From Octopus vulgaris (lineage: Eukaryota), in assembly GCA_951406725.2 (NCBI GenBank), contig OX597828.1, positions 64,046,001 to 64,110,000 on the forward strand: a DNA stretch of 64,000 bases, written 5' to 3'. Positions 42,720 to 54,111 of the stretch are shown piece by piece. Position numbers and translations under genes: made by a program. Positions within the stretch are counted from its first letter, which is position 1, and the number at the start of each line of letters is the position of its first letter. The notes beneath the pieces were generated by a model. It did no database searches and was not told the DNA's origin. It worked only from the letters and a program-made list of their open reading frames with translations.

Positions 42720-45700
42720 CAACAACACCCATGTATTAGCTTGGTTTCGGCCATTATCGGCCCAGGCCATGACAAACTCAATAGCACCACATGGGAAAGC
42801 CTTTTAGTTAATTATTTCGGGACACCATGGACCACTCAAGCAGAGAGTTGTTGTTGTTGGTTGTATCCAGATGTGGGTGGTTTATCCGGTATTTCCCGAA
42901 GGAATTTATCCATGTACCGTTTGAAGGTTGTGGGGTCTTTCTCTACTTTAATTTCTTTTGGGATAACACTGAAAAGTGCAGGACCATTGCAGTGAAGAAA
43001 TTGTGTCACAATGTTCTTATGTGATGTGATCTCGACCTTTGTAGGGGACGTATTTCACGAAGGCCTAGTCTTGTGTGAATTGTAAACATTATACCGATAT
43101 CATTTGGATACTATTGGTGGAATATTTTCCACGTGGTGCAAATAATGTATCGTTCACGGCGGCGTTGCAGAGAATAGAGCTTCTGCTGTTTAAGTCGAGC
43201 CCAATAATGAAGTCCCATCATACCATTTATTTTTTGTGATTGAGCTTTGTGGTGCTTCGATCCTCTTTATGTCTTGTTTTTCGTAGGGGAACCACAATAG
43301 GCAGCAGTATTCGAGGTGGGGCCTAAAGAATGTGGAGAAGAGAAGGATGATGGTTTCATGGTCCCTAGATTGGAAAGTTCTGAGGATCCATGAGCACATT
43401 CTGCGGGCTATATCGAATTTTTTTGTTGATGTGCACACTTCAGCTAGGGTTGCTGTCGACAGTTACGCCTAAGTCTCTGATTTAATCCGACGGTACTGTA
43501 TATGGTTGTTTGAGTGCCCACTCTTCCAAAGTGGATGAACTCAAATTTTTCTTCGTTCGACTGCATATTGTTTTTTTTTTGTGCCCATTGGGTTACTGTG
43601 CATAGGTCCGATTGAAGTATTGTTCGATCACATGCACCCTTAATGACTTTCTGGAGCTTAGAGTCATCTGCAAATATTCTTATGGTGCTATGTTCAATAG
43701 AATCTGCAATGTCATTGATATAGACAATAAAAAGAAGTGGATCCAGCACAGTACCCTGCTGAACTCCGCTGATGACTTTTGCTAGTCTTGAGTGGATGCA
43801 TCAACCACAACATACTGGGTCCTGTTTGTTAGGAAATACCTAATCCATTGAAGTAGCTTTCCACCGACTCCAGCGTTGGGTAGTTTTCTTAACAGTATAT
43901 TGTGGTCGACTCTGTCAAAGGCCTTGCTGAAATCAATGTATATGACATTCGCGTTGGAGGCCTCACCTAGTGCATTTAAGATGTCATCAAAGTGGTGGAG
44001 GAGCTGTGTTAGACAGTCCCTCCCACCACGAAAGCCATGCTGGATACATTTTGGATGATTTTGTTCTAGGATTCTTGATCTCAACACTCTCTCAAATACT
44101 TTGGTGATATGTGAGGCGAGTGAGATTGGACGGTAGTTTGCAGGGAGCGATTTATTCCCCCTTTTTAAAGATAGGAACGACTGACTGGGAGAGAAGGTTT
44201 TGAGGGCTAAAACCGGCACCCAGTGATTTTCCTCCAGGGATTAGCAAGAGAAGCTGCAAGTTTCTGTCTGCATTCCTTCAGCACTCTAGTAGGGAACCTG
44301 TCCGGACCCACTGCTAAATCAGGTTCGATTTCTTTTATTACTGCTAGGATAGCAGTGGCGTCGAAGGTTATGTTGGGAAGGACATGTTGAGGATTCACAG
44401 AAGCAAAGCTGCTTGAGTCAACTGAATCAGGGTCACTGAAGACAGAGCAATATTGACTTTACAAGATCTCAGCTATATATTTGACATCACTGTGAAGGAT
44501 ACCGATAGAAGAACCTGTGGTCCTATGGGTTTTTGAAAAGGAGTAAAAGACCTTAGGATTGTCGTTTATGAGGGTTCTCATACAGTTCTGCAGTTGTTGC
44601 TTCCTTGATTCTAAAGTTGCTAATCTTCTCGATTGGGGTGATGCTGATGGTGGTATTTTAGGGTATTGATTTTTCGGTTTGTTCTTTTTATTCTCCTCGT
44701 GAGCGATTTTCTCTGTTTTTGGAATTTTGCTTCTACTGTTGTTTATGAGTCGTGAGGGTGTATGATTTGAGCATATGTGAGTGACTGCGTCCTCAAATAG
44801 TTGCCATGCGTTTGTGTTTGTTGTGGTATTGAAGGAAGCAATCCACTTGCGATAAGTCTTGAGTGATCGCCCTCCATTTGACTTGTATAAATTCCTGTTA
44901 TCAAATGGGTGCACTGGAGTTGGTGATTTATGCCAAATGTTTGGATGCTGAAGATTGAGGTTACAGAGTACTATGTTGTGATCGGAGAGGAGGGTTCTTT
45001 CCACTGTGATGTTATGAATCGTGTTGGCATGGCTGCTTAGCACTAGGTCCAAGACACTTTGGCTATTTCTGGTTGGTTCATGGACGAGTTGTGAGAGGAA
45101 AAAATTATCCATAAATTTAAAAAGTAACTCCACTGCTGCTTTGTCTGAGCTTGAGGTGAGGGTTCCTGGTCTAACAATATTAGTGGACCAATCTACAGAG
45201 GATAGGTTGAAGTTGCTCATCATCAGAATATTTCTTGGGTTACATTGCAGGAGGAAAGATTTGATCTTCTCTAGGCACTCTTGGAAATAGTGTTAAGGGT
45301 GCTTGTGGGAGTCTGTAGAGCCCAATTACAGACAGGTCTTTACCCTTGTTGTGTTCAGAGACTGATTTGCAGTAGCCGTTGGAGAAAATGTCTTTGGCAT
45401 CTGCGCTGAAAGAATCATGGAGGGAAACAGCAACCCCACCCTTTCTTCGGCCTGCCCGATCAGCGCGAATGGCAGTGAAGCCTCTGATTTTCAGTTCAGT
45501 CCTCTAAATGAAGATCGTTAGGTGGGACAAAAAAAAAAGGATTGGGTGTGAGTGTGCAGCAATCTATCCCTCAATGTAGGGTATTTTCCATTTTTGAGCC
45601 TTAATGGCTGGGTTGATCCCTTGGGCATTAAGGAGGAATGTCGTTGTTAAGGCAGCAGGTTTTTTGCGTTTCTTCAATGTCTGCACATGCTTGTTGTTGT

Positions 45701-45780
45701 TGCTACTCAGTGGCAGTAGCAAGGATAGTTTTTGCCTTGGGTTGGTAGTAGAGGTTGAATACTTCTCTGGATTTCTTTCG
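42720..45780 (-). mobile_element. Decayed CR1/L2-group LINE ORF2 (APE endonuclease + RT), near full length
   Basis: LLNAQGI, RRKGGVAV, SNFNLSSVDW, HEPTRNSQSVLDLVL, LSDHNIV; NYRPISLASHITKVFERV, QHGFRGGRDCLTQLL, YIDFSKAFDRVDH, QGTVLDPLLF, IFADD, RPHLEYC, LYSLQRRRERY; multiple frameshifts. Confidence 0.92.
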
Positions 45781-45800
45781 CCTACACACACGCACACACG

Positions 45801-45907
<107 letters not shown>

Positions 45908-46008
45908 GTATGTATGTACGACCACTGATCATTTGGGTCTGAAAAGACATATGTAAAGCTAAGAGCTTTAGGCACGCGAAACCTTCAGTAACCTAATGAA
46001 CCGGTCAT

Positions 46009-46069
<61 letters not shown>

Positions 46070-46072
<3 letters not shown>

Positions 46073-46581
46073 AAATGGTAATATTGCCATCGATTCCATT
46101 TGTACCATTGTTAAGACGCCTTCTGATCTCAGAGAGGCAGTGTTCCCAGATCTACAAGCTAATTATCAGAATATGGATTGGATTGGCCAAAAGGCTATAC
46201 TGGCCCCGACAAATAAAACTGTTCACCATATTAATGATGAAATGCTAAAACTCATTCCTGGGGAAGTCTATGTATATCAGTCTATCGATACAACTCCTCA
46301 CCCACAGGACGTCATCAACTATCCAATAGAGGTAGTCAATTCCTTTGAGCACCCCGGACTACCACCACACATTCTCAAACTTAAAGTTGGTGCCCCTATA
46401 ATGCTCATCAGAAATTTGGTTCCCCCAAAACAATGCAATGGCACACGTTTGATCGTTAAGTCCTTATCTCTCACCGTAAACTTATATCAATATTTGCCTG
46501 AATAATCATCATAATTCAGTGCAATCATTAACAGTACTTTCAAGCAATTCAGCCCCGAGCAACGCCGGGCAATTCTGCTAG
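46070..46581 (+). mobile_element. Internally deleted Helitron: helicase fragment joined to 3' terminus
   Basis: PIF1-like ORF fragment followed within ~80 bp by CCCGAGCAACGCCGGG hairpin and CTAG|T (46578-46581). Confidence 0.88.
46140..46505 (+). pseudogene. Helitron PIF1-family helicase fragment
   Basis: KAILAPTNKTV, YPIEVVNS, GLPPHILKLKVGAPIMLIRNL, CNGTRL motifs. Confidence 0.9.
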
Positions 46582-46604
46582 TGCATATATATATGCATTG
46601 CAGC

Positions 46605-47235
46605 TTGCATATACAGAACCCAGAGGTATTGAAATCCCAGATTCACAGGCAGTGGAAAATTTGGGGATCAGTACGTGCAATGATGCATAATTTTATATGC
46701 ACATTACCAAGATGGCAGCAAAGTGCAGAAAACTGACAGGATGGATACTATGGACCTTCAAGTCAAGAGACCAAGAAGCTATGTTGACCCTGTGGAAAAA
46801 ACCTTTATTCTCAGCTGCCTGGACTACTTCTCCCAGCTATGGTCACCAAAATAACAGCGGAGCCTAAACAGTCCAATGTCGCTACTTAAAAAAATCGAAA
46901 CAGTTCAGGAGATGAGCGACAGGGTGAGACCGACAACATTACGACTTTACTTTCTGGAGCGAAGGCGCGACAGGAATGGAATAATCTACATATGGAAAAC
47001 TCTAGAAGGGCTAGTAACTAATTTCGGCATTGAGTGTTATACAAATGCCGGAACTGGACGTCATTGTATTGTACCAAAGGTAGCATTCACTCCATCTAAA
47101 TTCAGGACCAAGTACTGCACTAGCCTAGGATTCAAAGGCATACAGCTCTTCAATGCCCTGCCACAAAAATTATAAATCTGCATAAGATGGAAGTAGATGT
47201 CCTCAGAGAGGAACTAGACATCCGCCTCTCCACAA
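46605..47235 (+). mobile_element. CR1/L2-group LINE 3' fragment
   Basis: WILWTFKSRD, LDYFSQLWSP, LRLYFLERRRDR..IYIWK, QLFNALP; same region type as 42950-43440 but a different subfamily. Confidence 0.8.
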
Positions 47236-47995
47236 TACATGTGTTTATATACGTGCGTCTAAATACATAGACACACGAGAGAAGGAGATTTAGTATATAT
47301 TGTAGCATCCTAAATTCATAATATCTACACGTGTTTCGCTTGCGGACACTAGTACGTTGTGCTAGAAATCTTTACATAGACGATTGCATAATCACATTGA
47401 AACGCCAGATCCTCAGAAGAAAATGAAAGTTTAATCAATAGTTTTTGTGCGTTGTACCGGAGAAAACTTCCATATTTTACGGCGACTAAAATTAAAATTA
47501 TTTCATATTTAAATAGAGAGAAAAAAATTCACAACACATATAATTAATTTACATTTCGAAATCTGAACTGTTTTGTAATTCAAAACTTCAGAAAAACAAA
47601 CGTTAGCACATACACATAGTAATATACACTTATACAGGTAATACAGAAACACACACACAGGCACGCGCGTATAAATGTGTGTATGAGAGTGTATGTATGC
47701 TTGTGACTGTGGAATCATGTTTGCAAAGACGGTGTTTCTGAAGAATATGAGATTATGGCAGCATTTCAGGTAAATCTGCCAATTATTTAGTAGAATGGAA
47801 AAGAAAAGCAACTTTCATACCGCATCGACATCAACACAGATAAATTGAGTGTGTGCGTGTGTGAGTGTTACTGTGTATGTGTCCATATCTATCTATCTAT
47901 ACACATTCACATGTATATATACATACGTATACATATACGTACGTGCGCGCGCACACACACACACACATATAATTAGATTGGTAAGCTGCTATATA

Positions 47996-48104
<109 letters not shown>

Positions 48105-48138
48105 GTTACACCTGATTGATTTGGAAAATTGTTTTCCC

Positions 48139-48238
<100 letters not shown>

Positions 48239-48414
48239 GAAAAAGAGAGAGAGACAAAGACAGAGTAAAGACTGTTTGCCAACATAACAAGGTAGTCCTG
48301 ATTTAGGACGAATTTAGCCCCAGGAGTCATCGTCTCCAGCTGGCTATACGACACGATCTGTGTCCTTATATTTTCGAACAAGGAAATCTTACACCCCAAC
48401 TCAGCTCAAAACAA

Positions 48415-48555
48415 TATGTGTATATATATATGCATCTATATGTATATACATATGTGTATATGTATCTATACGTATATACATATGTGTATATGTATCTATA
48501 CGTATATACATATGTGTATATGTATCTATATGTATATACATAATGTGTATATGTA
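48415..48555. repeat. 30-bp minisatellite (atatgtgtatatgtatctatacgtatatac) about 4 copies
   Basis: Direct reading. Confidence 0.85.
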
Positions 48556-48656
48556 TGTATGTATGTATGTATATATATATATATATATACATACATGAGA
48601 GAGGTGTGTGTGTTTTCAAACACACACAAATAATTAGATTGGTAAGCTGCTATATA

Positions 48657-48689
<33 letters not shown>

Positions 48690-48700
48690 ATCTCTCTCTC

Positions 48701-48759
<59 letters not shown>

Positions 48760-48767
48760 TCTTTTAT

Positions 48768-49118
48768 TTTCTCTTACTTGTTTCAGTCATCTAACTGCGG
48801 CCATGCCGAAGCACCGCCTTAAGTCGACCAGATCGATCCCAGGACTTATTCTTTGTTAGCCTAGTATTTATTCTGTCGGTTTCTTTTGCTGAACAGCTAA
48901 ATTACGAGGACGCAAACACGCCAACATCAGTTGTCAAGCGATGGTGTGGGGATGAATAGATATATATACGACGGGCTCCTTTCAGTTTCTGTCTACCATA
49001 TCTACTCACAAGGCTTTGGTCAACTCGAGGCTATAATAGAAGACACTAGTCCAAGGAATTGAACTCAGAACCACGTGGCTGGGAAGCAAGCTTCTTACCA
49101 CATTGCCATTCCTGCGCC
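48768..49118 (-). mobile_element. SINE family A copy
   Basis: Reverse complement of 38992-39416 with a small internal deletion; ends cctgcgcc. Confidence 0.8.
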
Positions 49119-49140
49119 TGTATGTATGTATGTATGTATG

Positions 49141-49193
<53 letters not shown>

Positions 49194-50111
49194 ATTAATG
49201 TCAAGGTGAGCTACTCCTGCTTGAGAACATTGCGTATATACATGTTAGCATTGCACGCACAAACAAACGTAAAAATGCCTCCGCACCACCCCAACCTGCG
49301 ACTTCCGAAACCCCACCTTGTGCCCTCTAGGAGGATCCTGCCTTTCAAGGACCGTAGTGCACAAAGCTGCGCTTAAACCTCTGATGGCATTGTTAGGCAC
49401 TATAAAGCTAATTACTAATCACTATGACATCTAACAGCATTACTAGGCCCTGTGAGAGGTAGTGACTTCCAGGGAAGCTACTCCCAGCATAAGCATTCAT
49501 TCAGATCCAGGGACAGAAAGAACTCTACTTCTCTGCCTCCTTTTCTCTAGAGACTCCGTGACCTCTGAGACGAAATACGCAGCATCACGCGGACTATTGT
49601 CGACAGTGCACCACCATATTCAACCGGCGCCTCCAGCTCCCAACTCTGACTCCGTGAAAAACTGCATGTTCTCCAACAACCCGCAGTATCCATCAACAAC
49701 AAATACAATTTACCTTATTGCTGTCACCAGAGGAATACTTGTCTGGTAAATTTCAGGTTACTGACTGCCAAAAACCCGGATATACCGCCTTAGTACCAGC
49801 TGCTACTTTGTACACCTGCACCAAGATCACCACCACCAACTAACTCCATGAGCAGGACCGCCAATTACCAATCGCAAACGCGTCTACAAACCCATATATA
49901 CAACTATATACTTGCACATATCGCTCCTTCTTAATTCCCCTCCAACAACCCGATCAATTTCCTGTCCACCATGCGTTTTTTTACTGCTACCGTTATACCA
50001 GCATCAAACCACGACACCGCGTGACCGTTCTCGACCGATTGCAGCTCACCTTTCGGTAGTAACTTTTGTCATTCAGTTTCAAAATGGCTGAAGGCCATTA
50101 CGCTTGAAACT

Positions 50112-50171
50112 CAAGGGTACCAATGAACGCATACATATATGTATATATGTATCCGTTCATTGGTACCCTTG
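50112..50171. repeat. Near-perfect 60-bp palindrome with TA-rich centre
   Basis: caagggtaccaatgaacg-c-atacatatat-gt-atatatgtat-c-cgttcattggtacccttg. Confidence 0.92.
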
Positions 50172-50179
50172 TATATCTA

Positions 50180-50310
<131 letters not shown>

Positions 50311-50491
50311 TATATAGATAGGTAGATGTATTCTTTACAGATTTGCAAAATGCATCCCTACCAATGATAGGCTCCAGCATGGGCATGTCTAAGACAAATA
50401 CAAACTCAACAATTTTACAGCTAACAGCTGAAAAATATTTAAAAAAATACTTTGCAAATCACATCACGCACTTCCTTGTAGAATACGTAAC

Positions 50492-50706
50492 CTTTTCTAC
50501 TCTAGGTTCAAGGCCCGAAATTTTTGGTGAGCGGGGCCAGTCGATTAGATCGATGACAGTACACAGCTGGTATTTAATTTATAGATCTCGAAAGGATGAA
50601 AGGCAAAATCGACCTCAGCGGAATTTGAACTCAGAACGTAACGGCAGACGAAATACCGCTAAGCATTTTCCCTGGTGTACTAACGTTTCTGCCAACTCGC
50701 CGCCTT
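50492..50706 (-). mobile_element. Full-length SINE family B copy
   Basis: aaaggatgaaaggcaaaatcgacctcagcggaatttgaactcagaacgtaacggcagacgaaataccgctaagcat...ctcgccgcc; possible eroded TSD starting cttccttgta. Confidence 0.85.
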
Positions 50707-50834
50707 CCTTGTAAAGTGTATAACGATCAGATCTGGCCGAACCGGTATAAGATAGCCTTCAATCTTTATGTACGACTCTAAGGTTGCAGTGTTTTGTTCA
50801 GTATCCATTCATCCATACGAATGTAACTATGCAT

Positions 50835-50921
<87 letters not shown>

Positions 50922-51687
50922 ATTTTAAAAAAACCGAACAAGAAAGGGATGAGAATGAAAACATACGGACAGAAGGACGATACAAAGACGGACAAGAAAA
51001 CCAGGAAGGAACATTCGTGGCTTTCTATTCATCAGTCAAGCTTCCAATCATCACTACAGTTTCGGCCTGTTACACTTGAGACTGTTCAAAATCGGTAGGC
51101 CCCAAAATCTAAGCTATGGGCTTTAAATTTTTGGAAGAAAGCGAGTGAATATGTGCGACGGTACGTACAAAAAAAAAACGTGAAAACGGAGAAAATTTTA
51201 CACGCTTACAAATAAAAACAAGAACAGATTATATATATATATATCCTTTTAAGATCTAAGAGCTCTACCAAACTACTGTATTCTAGATCCCAAATTTTCA
51301 GCTGTCGCAAACATATGGCTAAGTTCCTGTTAACGAAATGGAAAGTACCACCCTTTCCAAAGTGAGTAGCTGTACCACAGATTCTAGGTTTCTAGCTTTT
51401 CAGCCTTATGTTTTACGGTCAAAGGATAAATAACTCTAATTCCTCCCTTTTACTTCTTTCTGTTTTGCTTTTCGTATTCTAGTTTTTCAACCTTCCACCC
51501 TTATTATTTCTACTCGCCTTTTCTCAGCTTTTCTCTCATCCTATCGTTAAATTTTTAGCTTGTTATGCCATATGAGCAGTGCCTGAAAATTGTACCAAGG
51601 CACTAGCCGCGTTAAAAACTGCTGTCTGACATGCTTTCATCGCATGACACTAATAGTATCACATAAAAACGTATATTGTGTTTATTA

Positions 51688-51726
<39 letters not shown>

Positions 51727-51728
<2 letters not shown>

Positions 51729-52636
51729 CTGCGTTTCCTTTTATAATGCAGGTTAATCATTCCTCAATAAAATCGAAACCCCCAGTCCGAATTTTTGAAA
51801 TTTTTACCAGATCTGTAGGATCATGTATCCCATGTTTCATGTACTTTTCGTCTAAATTGGAGTACATTTAAAACAGAAATGAAGAAAATTACGTTTATAG
51901 GATGTTTCTTTTTATTATGCAAGTTAAGAAATATTACGTAAACTACATGTTTATGTAATTTACACAGAACACTAGATAAGCAGACCATTAATATATATTT
52001 GTATCTTCCACCGTATAATTATATTCACAAACAACTATGTATATATTTTAACCATGTATATATTTTACATCTTTATATACGCCTCCTTTACGATCTATAA
52101 CTTTAAATATTCTCTCATCAACTGATTTTCTCAATTTCTCAACAATCTCACTTTTAATATTACTTGCAGCAGCTTTTATTGCTTCACACAGAAAATCTTT
52201 GTTTGGATATTGTTTACCATTAGAGTTTACATCGTTTTAAATAACTGACCACAAATTCTCTATTAGGTTTAGATCTGGAGATTGGCGGGGGAGGAGGATT
52301 CCATTATCTTATGTTCTTTGAAACGTTTCTTAGCTAAATGGCTAATAGTGCGTTTGGCAGAGTGTGAAGGGGCATTATCATGCATAAAAATACTCTTTAA
52401 CTTGGGACTTCATGATGTTGACTTTTACCAATGGAAGAAGTTGTCATCTAGAAACTTGCAGTAATTTTCAGCATTTATTTTGACTCCATCAGCAACCTTA
52501 ACTGGACCTATACTGTCTCCTCCAACTATACCAGCCCGAAACATAATCCTACATATCCCGTAAAGATTTAAAGAAAATCGGACAAGAGGTTTTGATTTTA
52601 TTGAGCAATGATTGGCCTGCATAATAAAAGGAAACA

Positions 52637-52639
<3 letters not shown>
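51727..52639 (-). mobile_element. Internally deleted Tc1-family DNA transposon with TIRs
   Basis: TIRs cactgcgtttccttttataatgcagg / cctgcataataaaaggaaacagtg extending ~85 bp; minus-strand IFMHDNAPSH and SPDLNLIENLWS transposase motifs (~52075-52550); TA-repeat flanks. Confidence 0.88.
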
Positions 52640-52680
<41 letters not shown>

Positions 52681-52710
52681 ACATGTATGTGTGTGTGTAT
52701 ATATGTATAT

Positions 52711-53023
52711 GACAGATTTTTTGTTTGTTCCTTCCCAAGCCATGCCTGGCTCATAAGGGCCAGTTTCCTGGTTTCATTGGCGTATATGTTCCCCACCTGG
52801 ATGGACGCCGGTCCATTGCGGGTGAGCTGCAAGATACAGGAGGAAATAGTGAGAGAACGTTGTGGCAAAAGAGTCAGCAGTAGTTCACCATTACCTTCTG
52901 CTGGAGCCGCGTGGAGCTTAGGTGTTTCGCTCATAAACACACACATCGCCCGGTCTGAGATTCGAACCCGCGATCCCTCGACCGCGAGTCCGCTGCTCTA
53001 ATCACTAGGCCATGTGCCTCCAC
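52711..53023 (-). mobile_element. Full-length tRNA-derived V-domain SINE (family C)
   Basis: Minus: gtggaggcacatggcctagtgattag (A-box) ...gggttcgaatctc (B-box) ...gcaatggaccggcgtccatccagg (V-domain-like). Confidence 0.8.
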
Positions 53024-53074
53024 TTATGACGGGTCCATGAAATTCCATTGAAAAGGTATTGCTCAAAATGTTAC

Positions 53075-53170
53075 AATAGAAGAAACTTTCCCAAATTGAC
53101 ACGCAACGGAACCGAACCCGAGAATATGTGGTTGCCAAAGAAACATCTTAACCACACAGCCATGCCTTGA
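53075..53170 (-). mobile_element. SINE family A head fragment
   Basis: accgaacccgagaatatgtggttg...cttaaccacacagccatgcc. Confidence 0.65.
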
Positions 53171-53562
53171 TACAACACAAGGCAACATCTTCGTGTTTGC
53201 ACAACAGACTTCGTTGAGCGATGCTTTGGTTCCGATCGGTAATCACGAACTAATTTACATATGACCATAACCAAGAAACTTGGTTTTCTTATGTCTTATT
53301 CCGAATATGGTTTAGTAATGAAGGAAAGCCTGGCAAATAAAATAAACAATAAAATAAGATGATACAAGTATAAGATATAATACATAACAGAGTTATTACT
53401 CACGCATTAACGTTTGTTATGAGTTTCTTCCAGGCAAGATCAAATCACAACACACTGCTTCTCTTCTTACAAAGCACATACATTCACACATGCACACATA
53501 TACACACACACACATATTTATTTATTCATACGTGTGCTTGTGTGTGCGTGCATATATATATA

Positions 53563-54111
53563 TTCCGTCGCCTCCAGCTTGATCCCACCACCCGCCCCAT
53601 TTTCCCTAACCCACCCCTGTCCTCTTTCAAACGAGCCCGCAATCTGCGTGACCTCCTGGTCCACAGCACCCTCTCCCCTTCCCCCTCAGCCCCACACGGA
53701 TCATTCCCTTGCTCTAGATCCCGCTGCAACACTTGCCCCTTCATCACCAACACCACCGCTGTCACCGGCTCCAACCTGCATACTGTACGCATTAGGCACT
53801 CTTTTACGTGCACCTCGTCTGGCCTTATTTACTGCATTAAATGCAACCTATGCGGGATGCTGTATGTAGGTCAGACGGGACGCCGGTTGTCCGACCGTTT
53901 CACTGAACACTTGAGGGACGTTCGCCTACACTCTTTTTCTCCCGTCGCACGCCGCTTCCGCTCGGCCGGCCATTCCCGAGATGACATCTCAGTGTTTGGT
54001 CTCGCCCCCCACAATGGTCGCCCACTTTCCAGGCTCCACTTGGAGCAACGCTACATCTTCACCCTACAAACTACCACCCCACACGGACTTAACACAGCCC
54101 CCTCCTCTTGA
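53563..54111 (+). pseudogene. Penelope-like GIY-YIG endonuclease domain, uninterrupted C-terminal ~180 aa
   Basis: FKRARNLRDLLV, CSRSRCNTC, FTCTSSGLIYCIKCNLCGMLYVGQTGRRLSDRFTEH, RLHLEQRYIFTLQTTTPHGLN. Confidence 0.93.

Noticed and set aside
47324-47416. Minus-strand CTGAGGA...CGAAACACGTGTA hammerhead-like motif
   Set aside because: The ~75-nt spacer shows no clear stem II and stem I is only 2 bp.
48415-48555. CRISPR-like 30-bp repeats
   Set aside because: Tandem units without unique spacers, eukaryotic context, no cas genes.
51015-51068. Permuted hammerhead (GAAAC...CTGATGA on minus; similar at 62760-62805)
   Set aside because: No valid NUH site or stem I could be drawn.
52950-53023. tRNA gene on the minus strand
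   Set aside because: A and B boxes are present but it continues into a SINE body and lacks a proper acceptor stem; it is a SINE head.
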